This document shows, piece after piece, positions 39,396 to 49,162 of a DNA stretch of 64,000 nucleotides. The notes beneath the pieces were generated by a model. The model was given only the letters and a program-made list of their open reading frames with translations, did not search any database and was not told where the DNA came from. A program made the position numbers and the translations under genes. The first letter of the stretch is position 1. Each line of letters opens with the position of its first letter. Location of the stretch: the NCBI GenBank assembly GCA_965228895.1, contig OZ245842.1:1600001-1664000 (forward strand). Reading direction: 5' to 3'. Origin of the DNA: Alphaproteobacteria bacterium. Its GTDB lineage: Bacteria > Pseudomonadota > Alphaproteobacteria > SP197.

Positions 39396-40096
39396 CCGCC
39401 GGTTCGCCGCTTGCGGTGGTGTTTGCGATAAGCGCCCGCGCCGGCGCGCACGGCTGTTTTGGTCTCGTTGAAGCGGTCGGCGGCTTCGCCCGCCAACGTT
39501 TCCAAAGTAAGATCCAGCTCTTCCAGAGGCACGGGCATGCATTGCGCGACCGGGGTACCGCGCGCCAGTACGCCGTTGAAATCCCGGTCGACCCATTGCG
39601 CCGGGAAGTGAATGAAGTTGTGGTAGTTGTCGGCGTGGACCAGGCCTGTGACCGAACGAAACGGCAGGTCGGCCCGGTTGATCGGGTGCGTGCACAATAG
39701 GCCGAACCCCTTCGGCAGCTCGACGGTCCAGTAGTTGATAAACTTGACCGCATAGGTATCGGCCTCGAAAAACGGCGTCTGGACCAACTGATCGGCCACG
39801 TGGACCGCCATCGGTGCACGTGTGTAACCAGTCAGTTCGGTCGCCGGCGGGTCCCAGTCCCAGGAGAACGTACCGTCTTCAACCTGGATATCGGCGGCCA
39901 GCGGCATCAAGAAACCGGCCGACATGGCGTCGACAAAGGGCGGGCACTGCTTGACCGTCTCGACCTCGAACCCCAGGTCGGCGCTGTCGACCTTGGTTGG
40001 CATCGCCTTCAGCCAGTCGGGAAGGCCGCGACGGGCCGGGATTGGTTCGGGAATCAAACCCTTCAGTTCAGGCGGACAGCGAAAAACAACCTTCAT
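39392..40096 (-). CDS. Hypothetical protein, DUF6065-like
   Basis: LPDWLK, TVKQCPPFVDAM, KFINYW, HPINR, GTPVAQCMP resemble a family common in marine phage genomes. Confidence 0.6.
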   Translation of the reverse strand: MKVVFRCPPELKGLIPEPIPARRGLPDWLKAMPTKVDSADLGFEVETVKQCPPFVDAMSAGFLMPLAADIQVEDGTFSWDWDPPATELTGYTRAPMAVHVADQLVQTPFFEADTYAVKFINYWTVELPKGFGLLCTHPINRADLPFRSVTGLVHADNYHNFIHFPAQWVDRDFNGVLARGTPVAQCMPVPLEELDLTLETLAGEAADRFNETKTAVRAGAGAYRKHHRKRRTGG

Positions 40097-40357
40097 CAAG
40101 AGCACGCTCGATCAGGGAACGGACTGGCCCCATCGTCATATCGGAAATTGGCCGGCTTGAGAACGCCGGACGAGTCGCTGCGAAACTTGCCCCCTGATCA
40201 CCACCCATTGGTGGGTCTGTCCACAGAGGAAAGCGCAGTTTTTCGCCGGTTAGCGCGGTCCCGAGGGGCGTCATATGATGTTCATATATTCGTCACTATA
40301 GTGTTGCGGGGGGTCACTACCCCTCCTGCATTCTCAGATTCCAGGGAGGTCAATCCA

Positions 40358-41494
40358 ATGACTCACTTCTCGCGTCGTTCGTTGCTCAAGACGACGGCGG
40401 TCGCGGCTGCCGGTGTGGCGATGCCGGCCGTCTTGCGGTCTAAAGATGCCCTATCCTCGTCCGGTCAGGTGAACGTTTTTGCCTGGGGCGACTATGTCCA
40501 GCAGAACATGATCGACAAGTTCGAGGCCGATACCGGCATCACCGTCAATCTGTCGACCTATGGTTCCAACGATGAGGCCGAACAGAAATTGAAGGCCGCC
40601 GGCGGCTCCGGGTTCGACGTCATTTTCCCGTCGGTCACCAACGTGCCGAACTACAAGGTCGGCGACGACTTCGTCCTGATGGAGTTGGACGAGTCCAAGG
40701 TCAACATGGACAACATTATCCCGTCGATGGTGCGTGACTCCATCCAGCTTGGCGGCGTGCAGCGCGGCAAGCGCCTGGCCCTGCCGTTCGACTGGGGCAC
40801 CGAAGCCGTGACGTTCAACTCAGAGGTCTATCCGCTGGCCGATGACGAAGTGTCGTTCGGTTCGTTGTGGGGTTCGGGCATGGACGGCAAGGTCGCCTTC
40901 CGCCAGAAGTCCGTGATCATGGGCACCGGCCTTTACCTCGATGCTATCGGCGAGGTGCCGTCGAACCGCATGCTCGACGTCTACAAGACCGAGGACGACG
41001 CCAAGCGGGTTTGGGACGCGGTCGCCGCGTTCGTTATCGAGAACAAGCAGAATGTCGGCGCGTTCTGGAACAACGCCACCGAGGCGACCAACGCGTTTAC
41101 CCAAGCCGGCTGTGAGATCGGCCAGACTTGGGATACGACAGGCATCAAGCTTGGTTGGGACGTCGATCCCAAGTGGAAGTATCGCATGCCAATCGAAGGC
41201 GGTATCACCTGGATGGACTCGATTGCCATGCCGTCCGGTGCCGAGCACGTTGATCAGGGTTACGCGTTCTTGAACGCCATGTATGACGGCGAAATGGCTG
41301 GCCTGTTCGTCGAGAACACCGGTTACAACTCTGCTGCCGTCGACGGCGCAAAACATGCCGGCGAGCAGTACGCCAACACCTTTGCCGAGATCTACACGCC
41401 GGAGACGCTCAGCAATCTCTGGTGGTGGCAGCAGGACACGCCGTGGTTCGCACCCATGCGGCAGGTCTATGTTGACGAAATCACGAACGCCTAA
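40358..41494 (+). CDS. Polyamine-type ABC transporter substrate-binding protein (PotD/PotF family), Tat signal
   Basis: SRRSLLK twin-arginine motif, FAWGDY, YGSNDE, EGGITWMD; GGAGG RBS. Confidence 0.88.
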   Translation: MTHFSRRSLLKTTAVAAAGVAMPAVLRSKDALSSSGQVNVFAWGDYVQQNMIDKFEADTGITVNLSTYGSNDEAEQKLKAAGGSGFDVIFPSVTNVPNYKVGDDFVLMELDESKVNMDNIIPSMVRDSIQLGGVQRGKRLALPFDWGTEAVTFNSEVYPLADDEVSFGSLWGSGMDGKVAFRQKSVIMGTGLYLDAIGEVPSNRMLDVYKTEDDAKRVWDAVAAFVIENKQNVGAFWNNATEATNAFTQAGCEIGQTWDTTGIKLGWDVDPKWKYRMPIEGGITWMDSIAMPSGAEHVDQGYAFLNAMYDGEMAGLFVENTGYNSAAVDGAKHAGEQYANTFAEIYTPETLSNLWWWQQDTPWFAPMRQVYVDEITNA

Positions 41495-41520
41495 GCCAGT
41501 CCTGAGCCGGTAGCGGCGGA

Positions 41521-41543
41521 CCGGGCGGTGTGCTGCCGCCCGG
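41521..41543 (+). other. GC-rich stem-loop after the SBP gene (probable mRNA-stabilising hairpin)
   Basis: CCGGGCGG...CCGCCCGG inverted repeat with no U-tract. Confidence 0.45.
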
Positions 41544-41592
41544 CCCATCCGGTCCGGCCTAAGACCATCGTCACGTGATTTGATCCGGGGGT

Positions 41593-42702
41593 ATGACGGT
41601 GAATGACGGATTAAGCGGCAACGATGTCGAGCTTCAGGGCATCTCCATGTCGTTCGGCGATTTTGTGGCGGTCCAACCAACCGATCTGACCGTCAATGCC
41701 GGTGAGTTCTTTTCCATTCTTGGTCCGTCTGGTTGCGGCAAGACAACGATCTTGCGCATGGTGTCGGGTTTCCTGACGCCGACAACAGGGCAGGTCATGA
41801 TCGGTGGCACCGACATGACATCGCTCGGTCCCAACCGGCGCCCGACCGCGCTTATCTTTCAAAACCTTGCGCTGTTCCCGCTGATGAGTGTCTGGGAAAA
41901 CGTTGCCTTCGGCCTGGAGGCGCGTGGAATCGACAAGCGGGCCCGCCGGCGCCGTGCCGAGGAACTGCTGGACCTCGTCGCGCTTCAAGGCGAGGCGGAT
42001 AAGAAACCGACGGAGCTTTCCGGCGGTCAACGCCAGCGCGTTGCGGTGGCCAGGGCGCTTGCCGTCGAGCCGTCGGTTCTGCTGCTCGATGAACCGCTTT
42101 CGGCCCTGGATCTGAAGCTGCGTCAGCACATGCGTGCGGAGCTGAAGGAGATCCAGCGCAAGACAAGCATCACGTTCATCTACATCACCCACGACCAGGG
42201 TGAAGCGCTGACCATGTCCGATCGCATCGCGGTGATGAATCGCGGCCGTATCGAACAGGTCGCGGCGACCGAAGAGATCTATGACCACCCGGCGACACCC
42301 TTCGTCGCGACCTTTGTCGGTGAGCAGAACGTCTTTCGCGGCCGTATTGTCGCAATCGACAACGGCGTTGCGAAGGTCGACACGTCTAGTGGCACCTTCA
42401 CCGGCCTCCATGCTGGCGCGTTGAACCAAGGCGAAGAAGCGCTGGTGTTTGTCAGGCCCGAGCGCATGGGGATCGCAAACGGCAGTGCCGAACCCTTGAA
42501 CCGCCTGTCTGCGTTCATTGAACGCCGTGACTTGGAAGGCCCGTTCGTGAACGTCTTCATGCGCACGTCCGAAGATCAGGAACTGGTCATGCACCTGACC
42601 AACGCAGGCGAGGCATGGCGGTCCCTGGACGGCGAACAACAGGTTGGGTTCCAGACGGAAGACGCGCTCGTTCTCGGTGCTGGAGAATTGGCTCGTGAGT
42701 AG
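41593..42702 (+). CDS. ABC transporter ATP-binding protein (PotA family)
   Basis: GPSGCGKT, LSGGQRQR, LLLDEPLSALDLKLR, TOBE-like tail. Confidence 0.93.
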   Translation: MTVNDGLSGNDVELQGISMSFGDFVAVQPTDLTVNAGEFFSILGPSGCGKTTILRMVSGFLTPTTGQVMIGGTDMTSLGPNRRPTALIFQNLALFPLMSVWENVAFGLEARGIDKRARRRRAEELLDLVALQGEADKKPTELSGGQRQRVAVARALAVEPSVLLLDEPLSALDLKLRQHMRAELKEIQRKTSITFIYITHDQGEALTMSDRIAVMNRGRIEQVAATEEIYDHPATPFVATFVGEQNVFRGRIVAIDNGVAKVDTSSGTFTGLHAGALNQGEEALVFVRPERMGIANGSAEPLNRLSAFIERRDLEGPFVNVFMRTSEDQELVMHLTNAGEAWRSLDGEQQVGFQTEDALVLGAGELARE

Positions 42703-43885
42703 CCTCTTCCGCAGCTACGGCAACGTCATGGGTGGCTTGTTCGTCGGGTTGGTGGCGCTGTGGATCGTGGCGCTGATTGTGCTGCCGCAGCTCAACATGA
42801 TCGAGCGCGCGTTTATCTACGAACCGCGTGGCGGCGCGGCGATCCAGGCGCAGGTTGACGTCGACCGGATCACCCAGCGCCTGTTCACACTCCGCTACGA
42901 CATTCAGGAGCTGGAGAAACAGGCGGCCGAAGGCGGCGAAGGCACGGGTGTTTTCACGCCGGGCGCCAAGATCGGCGAAGACAACACCGGAAGCGGCGAC
43001 ACCGCTGTCACGACGCCCAGTCTATCCGGCACCACCGATACCATCGCTGAGCAGATCGCGAGACTGGAGGCCGAAGCCACAGAGCTTGAAGCGCAGCTCG
43101 TTGGCATGGAGGCCGAAGAACAGCGGCTGAAGGCCGAGCAGGAAGCCGCAGCCGGGTATTCGGTGCGCAACTTCACGACCATGAACGCGATCCACTTCAA
43201 GATCTTCATCATGACGCTGTTCTATTCCTTCTGCGTCACGCTGATTTGTTTCGTGGTCTGCTATCCCATCGCCTATACGGTCGCCCAGACGACCAACCGG
43301 GAACGCGCGGCGCTCTTGATGCTGGGTCTGATCATCCCCTATGCGATCAACGAACTCCTGCGCATCTTCGCCTGGACCATGATCCTGGCCAACCAGGGGA
43401 TCTTGAACGCCGGGCTCGACGCCGTCGGTATCCTGGACTTCAGCGAAGGCGAGACAATCCGCTGGGTTACGTCGAACGGCGCGGTCTTCTGCGTCATGGT
43501 CTACGCCTACATCCTCTTCATGGTGTTCCCGATCTACAACACCATCGAAACGCTCGACCGCAACCAGATCGAAGCGGCGAGGGATCTGGGCGCGTCGACC
43601 TGGCGCATCCATCGCCGCGTCGTCCTGCCACACGCCAAACCGGGTATCGCTGTCGGGTCGATCATGACGTTCATGCTGTCGGCCGGCTCGATCGCTGTGC
43701 CCGGCCTTGTCGGTCCCGGTCTGCATCCCGACTGGTTCAGCCAGGTGATCTACCGGAACTTCTTCGAGGCGGGGAACTGGAACATAGGCTCGGCGTATTC
43801 GCTGGCGCTGCTGATCGCCTGCCTCGTCTTCATCCTTATCGTGATGTCGGTCTTCAGGGTCGGCATCAGGCAGATCGCACGATGA
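42695..43885 (+). CDS. ABC permease (PotB family) with large coiled-coil insertion
   Basis: EAARDLGA EAA motif; YPIAY; long hydrophilic insertion after TM1; GTG start overlapping the ATPase. Confidence 0.88.
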   Translation: MSSLFRSYGNVMGGLFVGLVALWIVALIVLPQLNMIERAFIYEPRGGAAIQAQVDVDRITQRLFTLRYDIQELEKQAAEGGEGTGVFTPGAKIGEDNTGSGDTAVTTPSLSGTTDTIAEQIARLEAEATELEAQLVGMEAEEQRLKAEQEAAAGYSVRNFTTMNAIHFKIFIMTLFYSFCVTLICFVVCYPIAYTVAQTTNRERAALLMLGLIIPYAINELLRIFAWTMILANQGILNAGLDAVGILDFSEGETIRWVTSNGAVFCVMVYAYILFMVFPIYNTIETLDRNQIEAARDLGASTWRIHRRVVLPHAKPGIAVGSIMTFMLSAGSIAVPGLVGPGLHPDWFSQVIYRNFFEAGNWNIGSAYSLALLIACLVFILIVMSVFRVGIRQIAR

Positions 43886-44775
43886 CGACCATTGCCGAAG
43901 CCGCACCAGCCACCCGGGAACGCCATCTGCTTGGGATCGACTGGAGCAAGGCGATCCTCAGCTTCTACATGCTGGTGTTCTTCCTCTATCTTTTCGTGCC
44001 GCTGATGATCATGGTGCTTGCCGCGTTCAATTCGAACGACACGCCGTCGGTGACCGACTGGCGCGGTTTCACCCTCGACTGGTTCACCGGCAGCTACAAT
44101 GCCGAGGGTGAATTGACCGTTCGCGGCCTGCCGCAGGATGCGCGCTTCCTGCAGGGTCTCTGGCACTCGCTGCTAATCGCCTTCGGCGTGATCGCGATTT
44201 CCATACCGCTTGGCCTCTCCGGCGCGCTCCTGCTGACCCGTCTGGAATCGCGCGCCAGTACGCTGCTTTATACGATCCTGGTCTCGCCGATTCTGATCCC
44301 CGGCATCGTGCTGGGCGTGTCGACCATGATCTTCTGGCGCGACATGTTCGGCGTCGAGGCCGGTCTGTTCACGGCCATGGTCGCCCAATCGGTCTTTATT
44401 GCGTCCTATTGCATGCTGCTTTTCATGGCGCGCCTGCAGCGCCAGGACCGCATCCTCGACGAGGCCGCCTTCGATCTCGGCGCATCGTCCTTCATGGTCT
44501 TCCGGCGCATTACCTTGCCATTCTTGATGCCGACCATCGCAACCGCCACGGTGATCGCGTTCCTACAGTCGATCGAGAACTACAACACCACGTTCTTCGC
44601 GATCGGCGGTTCGTGGACCCTGGTGACCGAGATTGGCGCGCGTATGCGCTTCGGCCTTTCGCCCGTCGTCAACGCCATCGGCGTCATCTTCGTCGTCTTC
44701 ACCGTGATCGCGGCGGTCACCTACGTCATGCTGAAACGCCGCGAGCAAGCCAAGGCCAAGGCACTGAAAGGTTAG
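43882..44775 (+). CDS. ABC permease (PotC family)
   Basis: GFTLDWF, EAAFDLGA; ATGA overlap with the previous gene. Confidence 0.9.
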   Translation: MTTIAEAAPATRERHLLGIDWSKAILSFYMLVFFLYLFVPLMIMVLAAFNSNDTPSVTDWRGFTLDWFTGSYNAEGELTVRGLPQDARFLQGLWHSLLIAFGVIAISIPLGLSGALLLTRLESRASTLLYTILVSPILIPGIVLGVSTMIFWRDMFGVEAGLFTAMVAQSVFIASYCMLLFMARLQRQDRILDEAAFDLGASSFMVFRRITLPFLMPTIATATVIAFLQSIENYNTTFFAIGGSWTLVTEIGARMRFGLSPVVNAIGVIFVVFTVIAAVTYVMLKRREQAKAKALKG

Positions 44776-44827
44776 TCCTTGGCCAGGCCCCCAAGTGTTG
44801 CCATCATCGCGGCAACAGGGGGCACAT

Positions 44828-46498
44828 GTGGACGGAACATTCGACTACATCATTGTCGGCGCCGGTTCGGCGGGCTGTGTTCTCGCACACAGGCTGAGCG
44901 AGGATTCCGCGACTACGGTGCTGGTCCTCGAAGCCGGTGGCGATGACGGCAGCTACAAGGTCCAGATGCCCGGCGCCCAGCAACTGCCTCTGGCCGACAA
45001 GGATCTCAACTGGTCCTACCTCTCCGAACCCGAACCCCAGCTCAACAACCGCCGCATCGACGTGCCGCGCGGTCGCGTGCTCGGCGGTTCGTCGTCAATC
45101 AACGGCATGGTCTATCTGCGTGGCCATCCGCTTGACTACGACGCCTGGTCCGAGCTGGGTGCGAACGGCTGGTCGTATCGCGACGTGCTCGCCTATTTCA
45201 TGCGCGCCGAGAACGTCGCCCACGGCGATCCCTCCATGCGCGGCAGGGAAGGGCCGCTTCATGTCACGCGCCCTCCATTGTCCAACCCGCTGTTCCAGGC
45301 CTTTCTGAAGGCGTGCGAGCAGGCGGGCCACCCGGCGGATGACGATCTCAACGGATTTCACCCCGAAGGCGCTGGCGCGTTTGAACGAACGGTCTTCAAG
45401 GGCCGGCGTTGGAGCACCGCGAACGCCTATCTGCGCCCGGCCATGGCACGCTCCAATCTCGAAGTTCTGACGCGCCGTCTGACTCGGCGGGTTTTGATCG
45501 AGAACGGCCGCGCGACGGGTGTCGAGGCAATGCATGGCGAACAGGTGGAGACGTTCGAGGCCCGGCGCGAGGTCATCGTTGCTGGCGGTGCGATCAACTC
45601 GCCACAGATCCTGCTGCTGTCGGGCATCGGACCGGGCGATCATCTGCGCGATGTTGGTGTGCCAGTGGTCCACGACCTTCCCGGTGTCGGCTCCGGCCTG
45701 ATGGATCACCTGGAGGTTGTCGTAAAGAACGCCTGCACCCAACCGGTCAGCCTCTATGCCAAGACCAAGCCGCTCGCGCGGCTGGGCGTCGGACTGCAGT
45801 GGATCCTGTCGAAATCCGGTGTCGGCGCGAGCAACCAGTGGGAGGCCGGTGCGTTTCTAAGAAGCCGCGACGGCCTCAGCCATCCCGATATCGAGTTGGA
45901 GTTTTTTCCGATCGCCATTTCCTATGACGGCAAGGAGCTCGCCAACCAGCACGGCTATCAGGCCGATGTCGGGCCGATGCGTTCGAAGAGCAGGGGTTCG
46001 GTGCGTCTGGCCGATGCCGACGCGCGTACGCCACCGAAGATCCGCTTTAACTATCTGAGCCACGAAGACGACTGGCACGAAATGCGCGCCTCCGTGCGCC
46101 TGGTGCGCGAGATCTTTGCCCAGCCCGCCTTCGATCCCTATCGCGGCGACGAGATCGCGCCGGGCGTGTCCGTGGTCAGCGATGACGAGATCGACGGATT
46201 CATCCGCGAAACCGCCCAGACCGTCTATCACCCCTGCGGCTCCTGCCGTATGGGCACCGATGCCATGGCGGTGGTCGATCCCGAATGCCGCGTTCATGGG
46301 CTGGACGGCCTGCGCGTGGTTGATGCCGCGATCATGCCGCAGATCACCACCTGCAACACCAATGGTCCGACCATCATGATCGGCGAGAAGGCTTCCGACC
46401 TGATCCGCGGGCGCACGCCGCAGGCCTCTCCCAATGTCGGTCCCGCGCTCCAGGTCGGCGCGCCGCAACGCCCGCGCACGCCGGTCCGTTCCGTCTAA
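44828..46498 (+). CDS. GMC oxidoreductase, choline dehydrogenase-like
   Basis: GAGSAGC, RGRVLGGSSSINGM, YHPCGSCRMG, NTNGPTIMIGEK; BetA-like, but substrate unproven. Confidence 0.88.
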   Translation: MDGTFDYIIVGAGSAGCVLAHRLSEDSATTVLVLEAGGDDGSYKVQMPGAQQLPLADKDLNWSYLSEPEPQLNNRRIDVPRGRVLGGSSSINGMVYLRGHPLDYDAWSELGANGWSYRDVLAYFMRAENVAHGDPSMRGREGPLHVTRPPLSNPLFQAFLKACEQAGHPADDDLNGFHPEGAGAFERTVFKGRRWSTANAYLRPAMARSNLEVLTRRLTRRVLIENGRATGVEAMHGEQVETFEARREVIVAGGAINSPQILLLSGIGPGDHLRDVGVPVVHDLPGVGSGLMDHLEVVVKNACTQPVSLYAKTKPLARLGVGLQWILSKSGVGASNQWEAGAFLRSRDGLSHPDIELEFFPIAISYDGKELANQHGYQADVGPMRSKSRGSVRLADADARTPPKIRFNYLSHEDDWHEMRASVRLVREIFAQPAFDPYRGDEIAPGVSVVSDDEIDGFIRETAQTVYHPCGSCRMGTDAMAVVDPECRVHGLDGLRVVDAAIMPQITTCNTNGPTIMIGEKASDLIRGRTPQASPNVGPALQVGAPQRPRTPVRSV

Positions 46499-46504
46499 CC
46501 CGCT

Positions 46505-48013
46505 CTAGCCGGGATAGGCTTCCTCGTCCTTATAGGGATACCACCAGAAGTCAGCGGGTTCGCATTCGTGGTCGATCATCGAGAACTTGCTGTGGCGGAA
46601 CTGGTCGAGGCCTTCGGACCCCAGCTGACGTCCGGTGCCCGACATCTTGCGGCCCCCGAACGGGCCGGCGTCGTTGTCGAGCAGGGCGCTTGAGTTGACC
46701 CAGGTCATGCCGGCCTCCAACTCGTTGACCGCGCGCATGGTCTCGGCGAGATCGCTGGTATAGATGAACGAGCCCAGCGCGTACTTCGAGTTGTTCGCGT
46801 GCTCCAACGCCTCGTCGAAGCTGCCGACGCGACACACCGGCAGCACGGGACCGAAACTCTCGTTGTTCATAATCTCCATATCGGGTGTGCATTCGGTCAG
46901 GATCGTGGCGTCGCAGAAATAGCCGCGGTTGAAGCCGTCGGGACGGCCGCCGCCTAGCGCGACCTTCGCGCCCTGTTCGGTGGCGCGGGCCAGCATGGCT
47001 TCGTAGCGGTCGCGTTCGCGCTGTGCCGCCATCGGGCCGATGTCGACCTTCTCGAGCCCGTTGCCGATACGAAGCTGTTTGGTCAGCCGGATGGCCTCTT
47101 CGACGAAATTGTCGTGCACATCGTTGTGGATGTAGAAGCGCTCGGCGGCGGCGCAGACCTGACCACAGTTGAGATAGGCGCCGAACACCGCGCCCTGGGC
47201 CGCCATGTCTAGTTTGGCCGATGGCATGACGATAAAGGGATCATTGCCGGACGCCTCAACCAGGCAACGTTTGAATGTTGTCGCACATGCTTGAGCGACG
47301 GCTTGGCCGGCGCCGATGGACCCGGTGAACGCCACGCCATCAATGCCCTCGTGGCCAACCAGGTGCTTGCCGACCTCGACCGCGCCGGTCACGCACTGCA
47401 CCAGGCCCTTCGGCAGATGATCGAAACACTCCATCATCATCAGCGATGAGAAGCTGGTGAGTTCAGACGGCTTCAGGATCACGGCATTCCCGGTGCCGAG
47501 CGCCGCGCCGGCCTCCCAGCCGAACAGCACATAGGGAAAGTTGAACGGCAGGATAATCCCGACGACACCCAGGGGGTGTTTGGTGATGACATGCATCTGG
47601 CCGTCGACGACGGGGCCGACGACGCGGCCGTTCTCGTGGCGTGCGACCTCGGCGTAGTAATCGAAGGCCGTCGCGGTCCATTCGACCTCGTCGGCGGATT
47701 CTTTGTAGGGCTTGCCCATCTCGCGGGTCAGCGCCTCGGCGAGCTTCGGCGAGAGTTCGCGGAACCGGCGCGCGACTTCGTGCAATTCCTCGCTGCGCTT
47801 CAGCATGTTCATGCGGTCCCACTCGACCTGCGCCCGTTTGGCGTTGGCGATCGCCTCGTCGACCTCCTCGATCTTGGCCAGCGCGATCTCGCCGTTGACG
47901 TCCTCGGTCGCCGGATCGACGGCATCCATGCCGTCGGATGCCGCGCTCTTGCGGAAGGCACCGTCCAGATAGATCGAGCCGCTGAGCTGCTTGAAGGTAT
48001 CGATTACGGTCAT
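46505..48013 (-). CDS. Aldehyde dehydrogenase family protein
   Basis: LPFNFP, KPSE, FTGS, Glu in EASGND, Cys in GQVCAA, ESFGP. Confidence 0.93.
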   Translation of the reverse strand: MTVIDTFKQLSGSIYLDGAFRKSAASDGMDAVDPATEDVNGEIALAKIEEVDEAIANAKRAQVEWDRMNMLKRSEELHEVARRFRELSPKLAEALTREMGKPYKESADEVEWTATAFDYYAEVARHENGRVVGPVVDGQMHVITKHPLGVVGIILPFNFPYVLFGWEAGAALGTGNAVILKPSELTSFSSLMMMECFDHLPKGLVQCVTGAVEVGKHLVGHEGIDGVAFTGSIGAGQAVAQACATTFKRCLVEASGNDPFIVMPSAKLDMAAQGAVFGAYLNCGQVCAAAERFYIHNDVHDNFVEEAIRLTKQLRIGNGLEKVDIGPMAAQRERDRYEAMLARATEQGAKVALGGGRPDGFNRGYFCDATILTECTPDMEIMNNESFGPVLPVCRVGSFDEALEHANNSKYALGSFIYTSDLAETMRAVNELEAGMTWVNSSALLDNDAGPFGGRKMSGTGRQLGSEGLDQFRHSKFSMIDHECEPADFWWYPYKDEEAYPG

Positions 48014-48151
48014 CGTGGTCTCCCTCGTTTCAGGCGCGATCGCCGCGCGTCTTTTATCGCCGTGCCAAACGATATGGGGCAAGCCGTGGCGTGACAACGG
48101 GTTTCGCCACGGCCTAAGGTTGTCCCAACAAAAAATCGGGGAGACCTGACC

Positions 48152-49162
48152 ATGGCGACCGACCTCCAGGCTGCAGCCCACAAGCTTTATGACGAGACGT
48201 TGATTTGGGACGACCATTCGGGCTTCGGCCCTGACCCCTCCGTTGACCTCAACAAACTGTCAATCTGGAAGGATGCGGGCATCGACTATCTGTCGATCGA
48301 TGTCGGCTACGACCGCATGGACTGGCGCGATACCGTCAAATCGCTGGCCGCCTTCCGGCGCTGGATCATGGCAAGCGATGATTACGAGCTGGTCGGAACC
48401 GTCGATGAAATCGAACCGGCCCGCAAGGCCGGCAAGATGGCCTGCACCTTCGATTTGGAGGGCATGAACGCACTCGACGGATCGGTTGACATGGTCGGGT
48501 TCTATTACGACCTGGGCGTGCGCCAGATGTTGTTCGCCTATAACAAAAACAACCAGGCCGGTGGCGGTTGCCATGACGAGGATGTCGGCCTGACCGATTT
48601 TGGCCGTGACGTCATCGCCGAGATGAACCGGGTCGGCATGGTCGTCGATTGCTCCCATTGTTCATACACGACCAGTATGGAAGCGATGGAGATGTCGTCG
48701 GCGCCGACGATCTTTTCCCACTCCAACGCGCGTGCTTTGCGTGACCACGAGCGCAACATTACCGACGACCAGGCCAAGGCGTGCGCCGCGACGGGCGGCG
48801 TTATCGGCGTCGTCAGCCTGGACCTCTTCATGACCGACGGCGAGGCGACCGAGGAGGTCCTGGCCGATCACATCGACCACTACGTCAACCTTGTCGGCGC
48901 GGACCATGTGGGTATCGGCCTGGATTACGCCTGGGATGACGAGGAAAACGACGATGGCGGCAACGAGTTGGCTGAGACCATCGCCAGGAACCGCGACTAC
49001 TGGCCCGCGCGCCAGTATCCCGACCGGCCCGTGCGGTTCCTGCCGCCCGGTTGTCTGCCGCGCCTGACCGAAATCCTGTTGGAACGCCAGTATGCGGAGG
49101 ATGACGTCCGCGCCATTCTGGGCGGCAACTTCATGCGGGTAGCACGTCAGGTATGGACGTGA
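48152..49162 (+). CDS. Membrane dipeptidase (peptidase M19) family protein
   Basis: WDDHS, DLEG, VDCSH, FSHSN, RNITD, GIGLDY, ILGGNF. Confidence 0.9.
   Translation: MATDLQAAAHKLYDETLIWDDHSGFGPDPSVDLNKLSIWKDAGIDYLSIDVGYDRMDWRDTVKSLAAFRRWIMASDDYELVGTVDEIEPARKAGKMACTFDLEGMNALDGSVDMVGFYYDLGVRQMLFAYNKNNQAGGGCHDEDVGLTDFGRDVIAEMNRVGMVVDCSHCSYTTSMEAMEMSSAPTIFSHSNARALRDHERNITDDQAKACAATGGVIGVVSLDLFMTDGEATEEVLADHIDHYVNLVGADHVGIGLDYAWDDEENDDGGNELAETIARNRDYWPARQYPDRPVRFLPPGCLPRLTEILLERQYAEDDVRAILGGNFMRVARQVWT

Noticed and set aside
39800-40357. N-terminal extensions in the ORF track (also 10131, 34377, 43246, 48217, 57671, 63656)
   Set aside because: They overlap neighbouring genes or precede clear RBS-linked downstream starts; shorter starts were used
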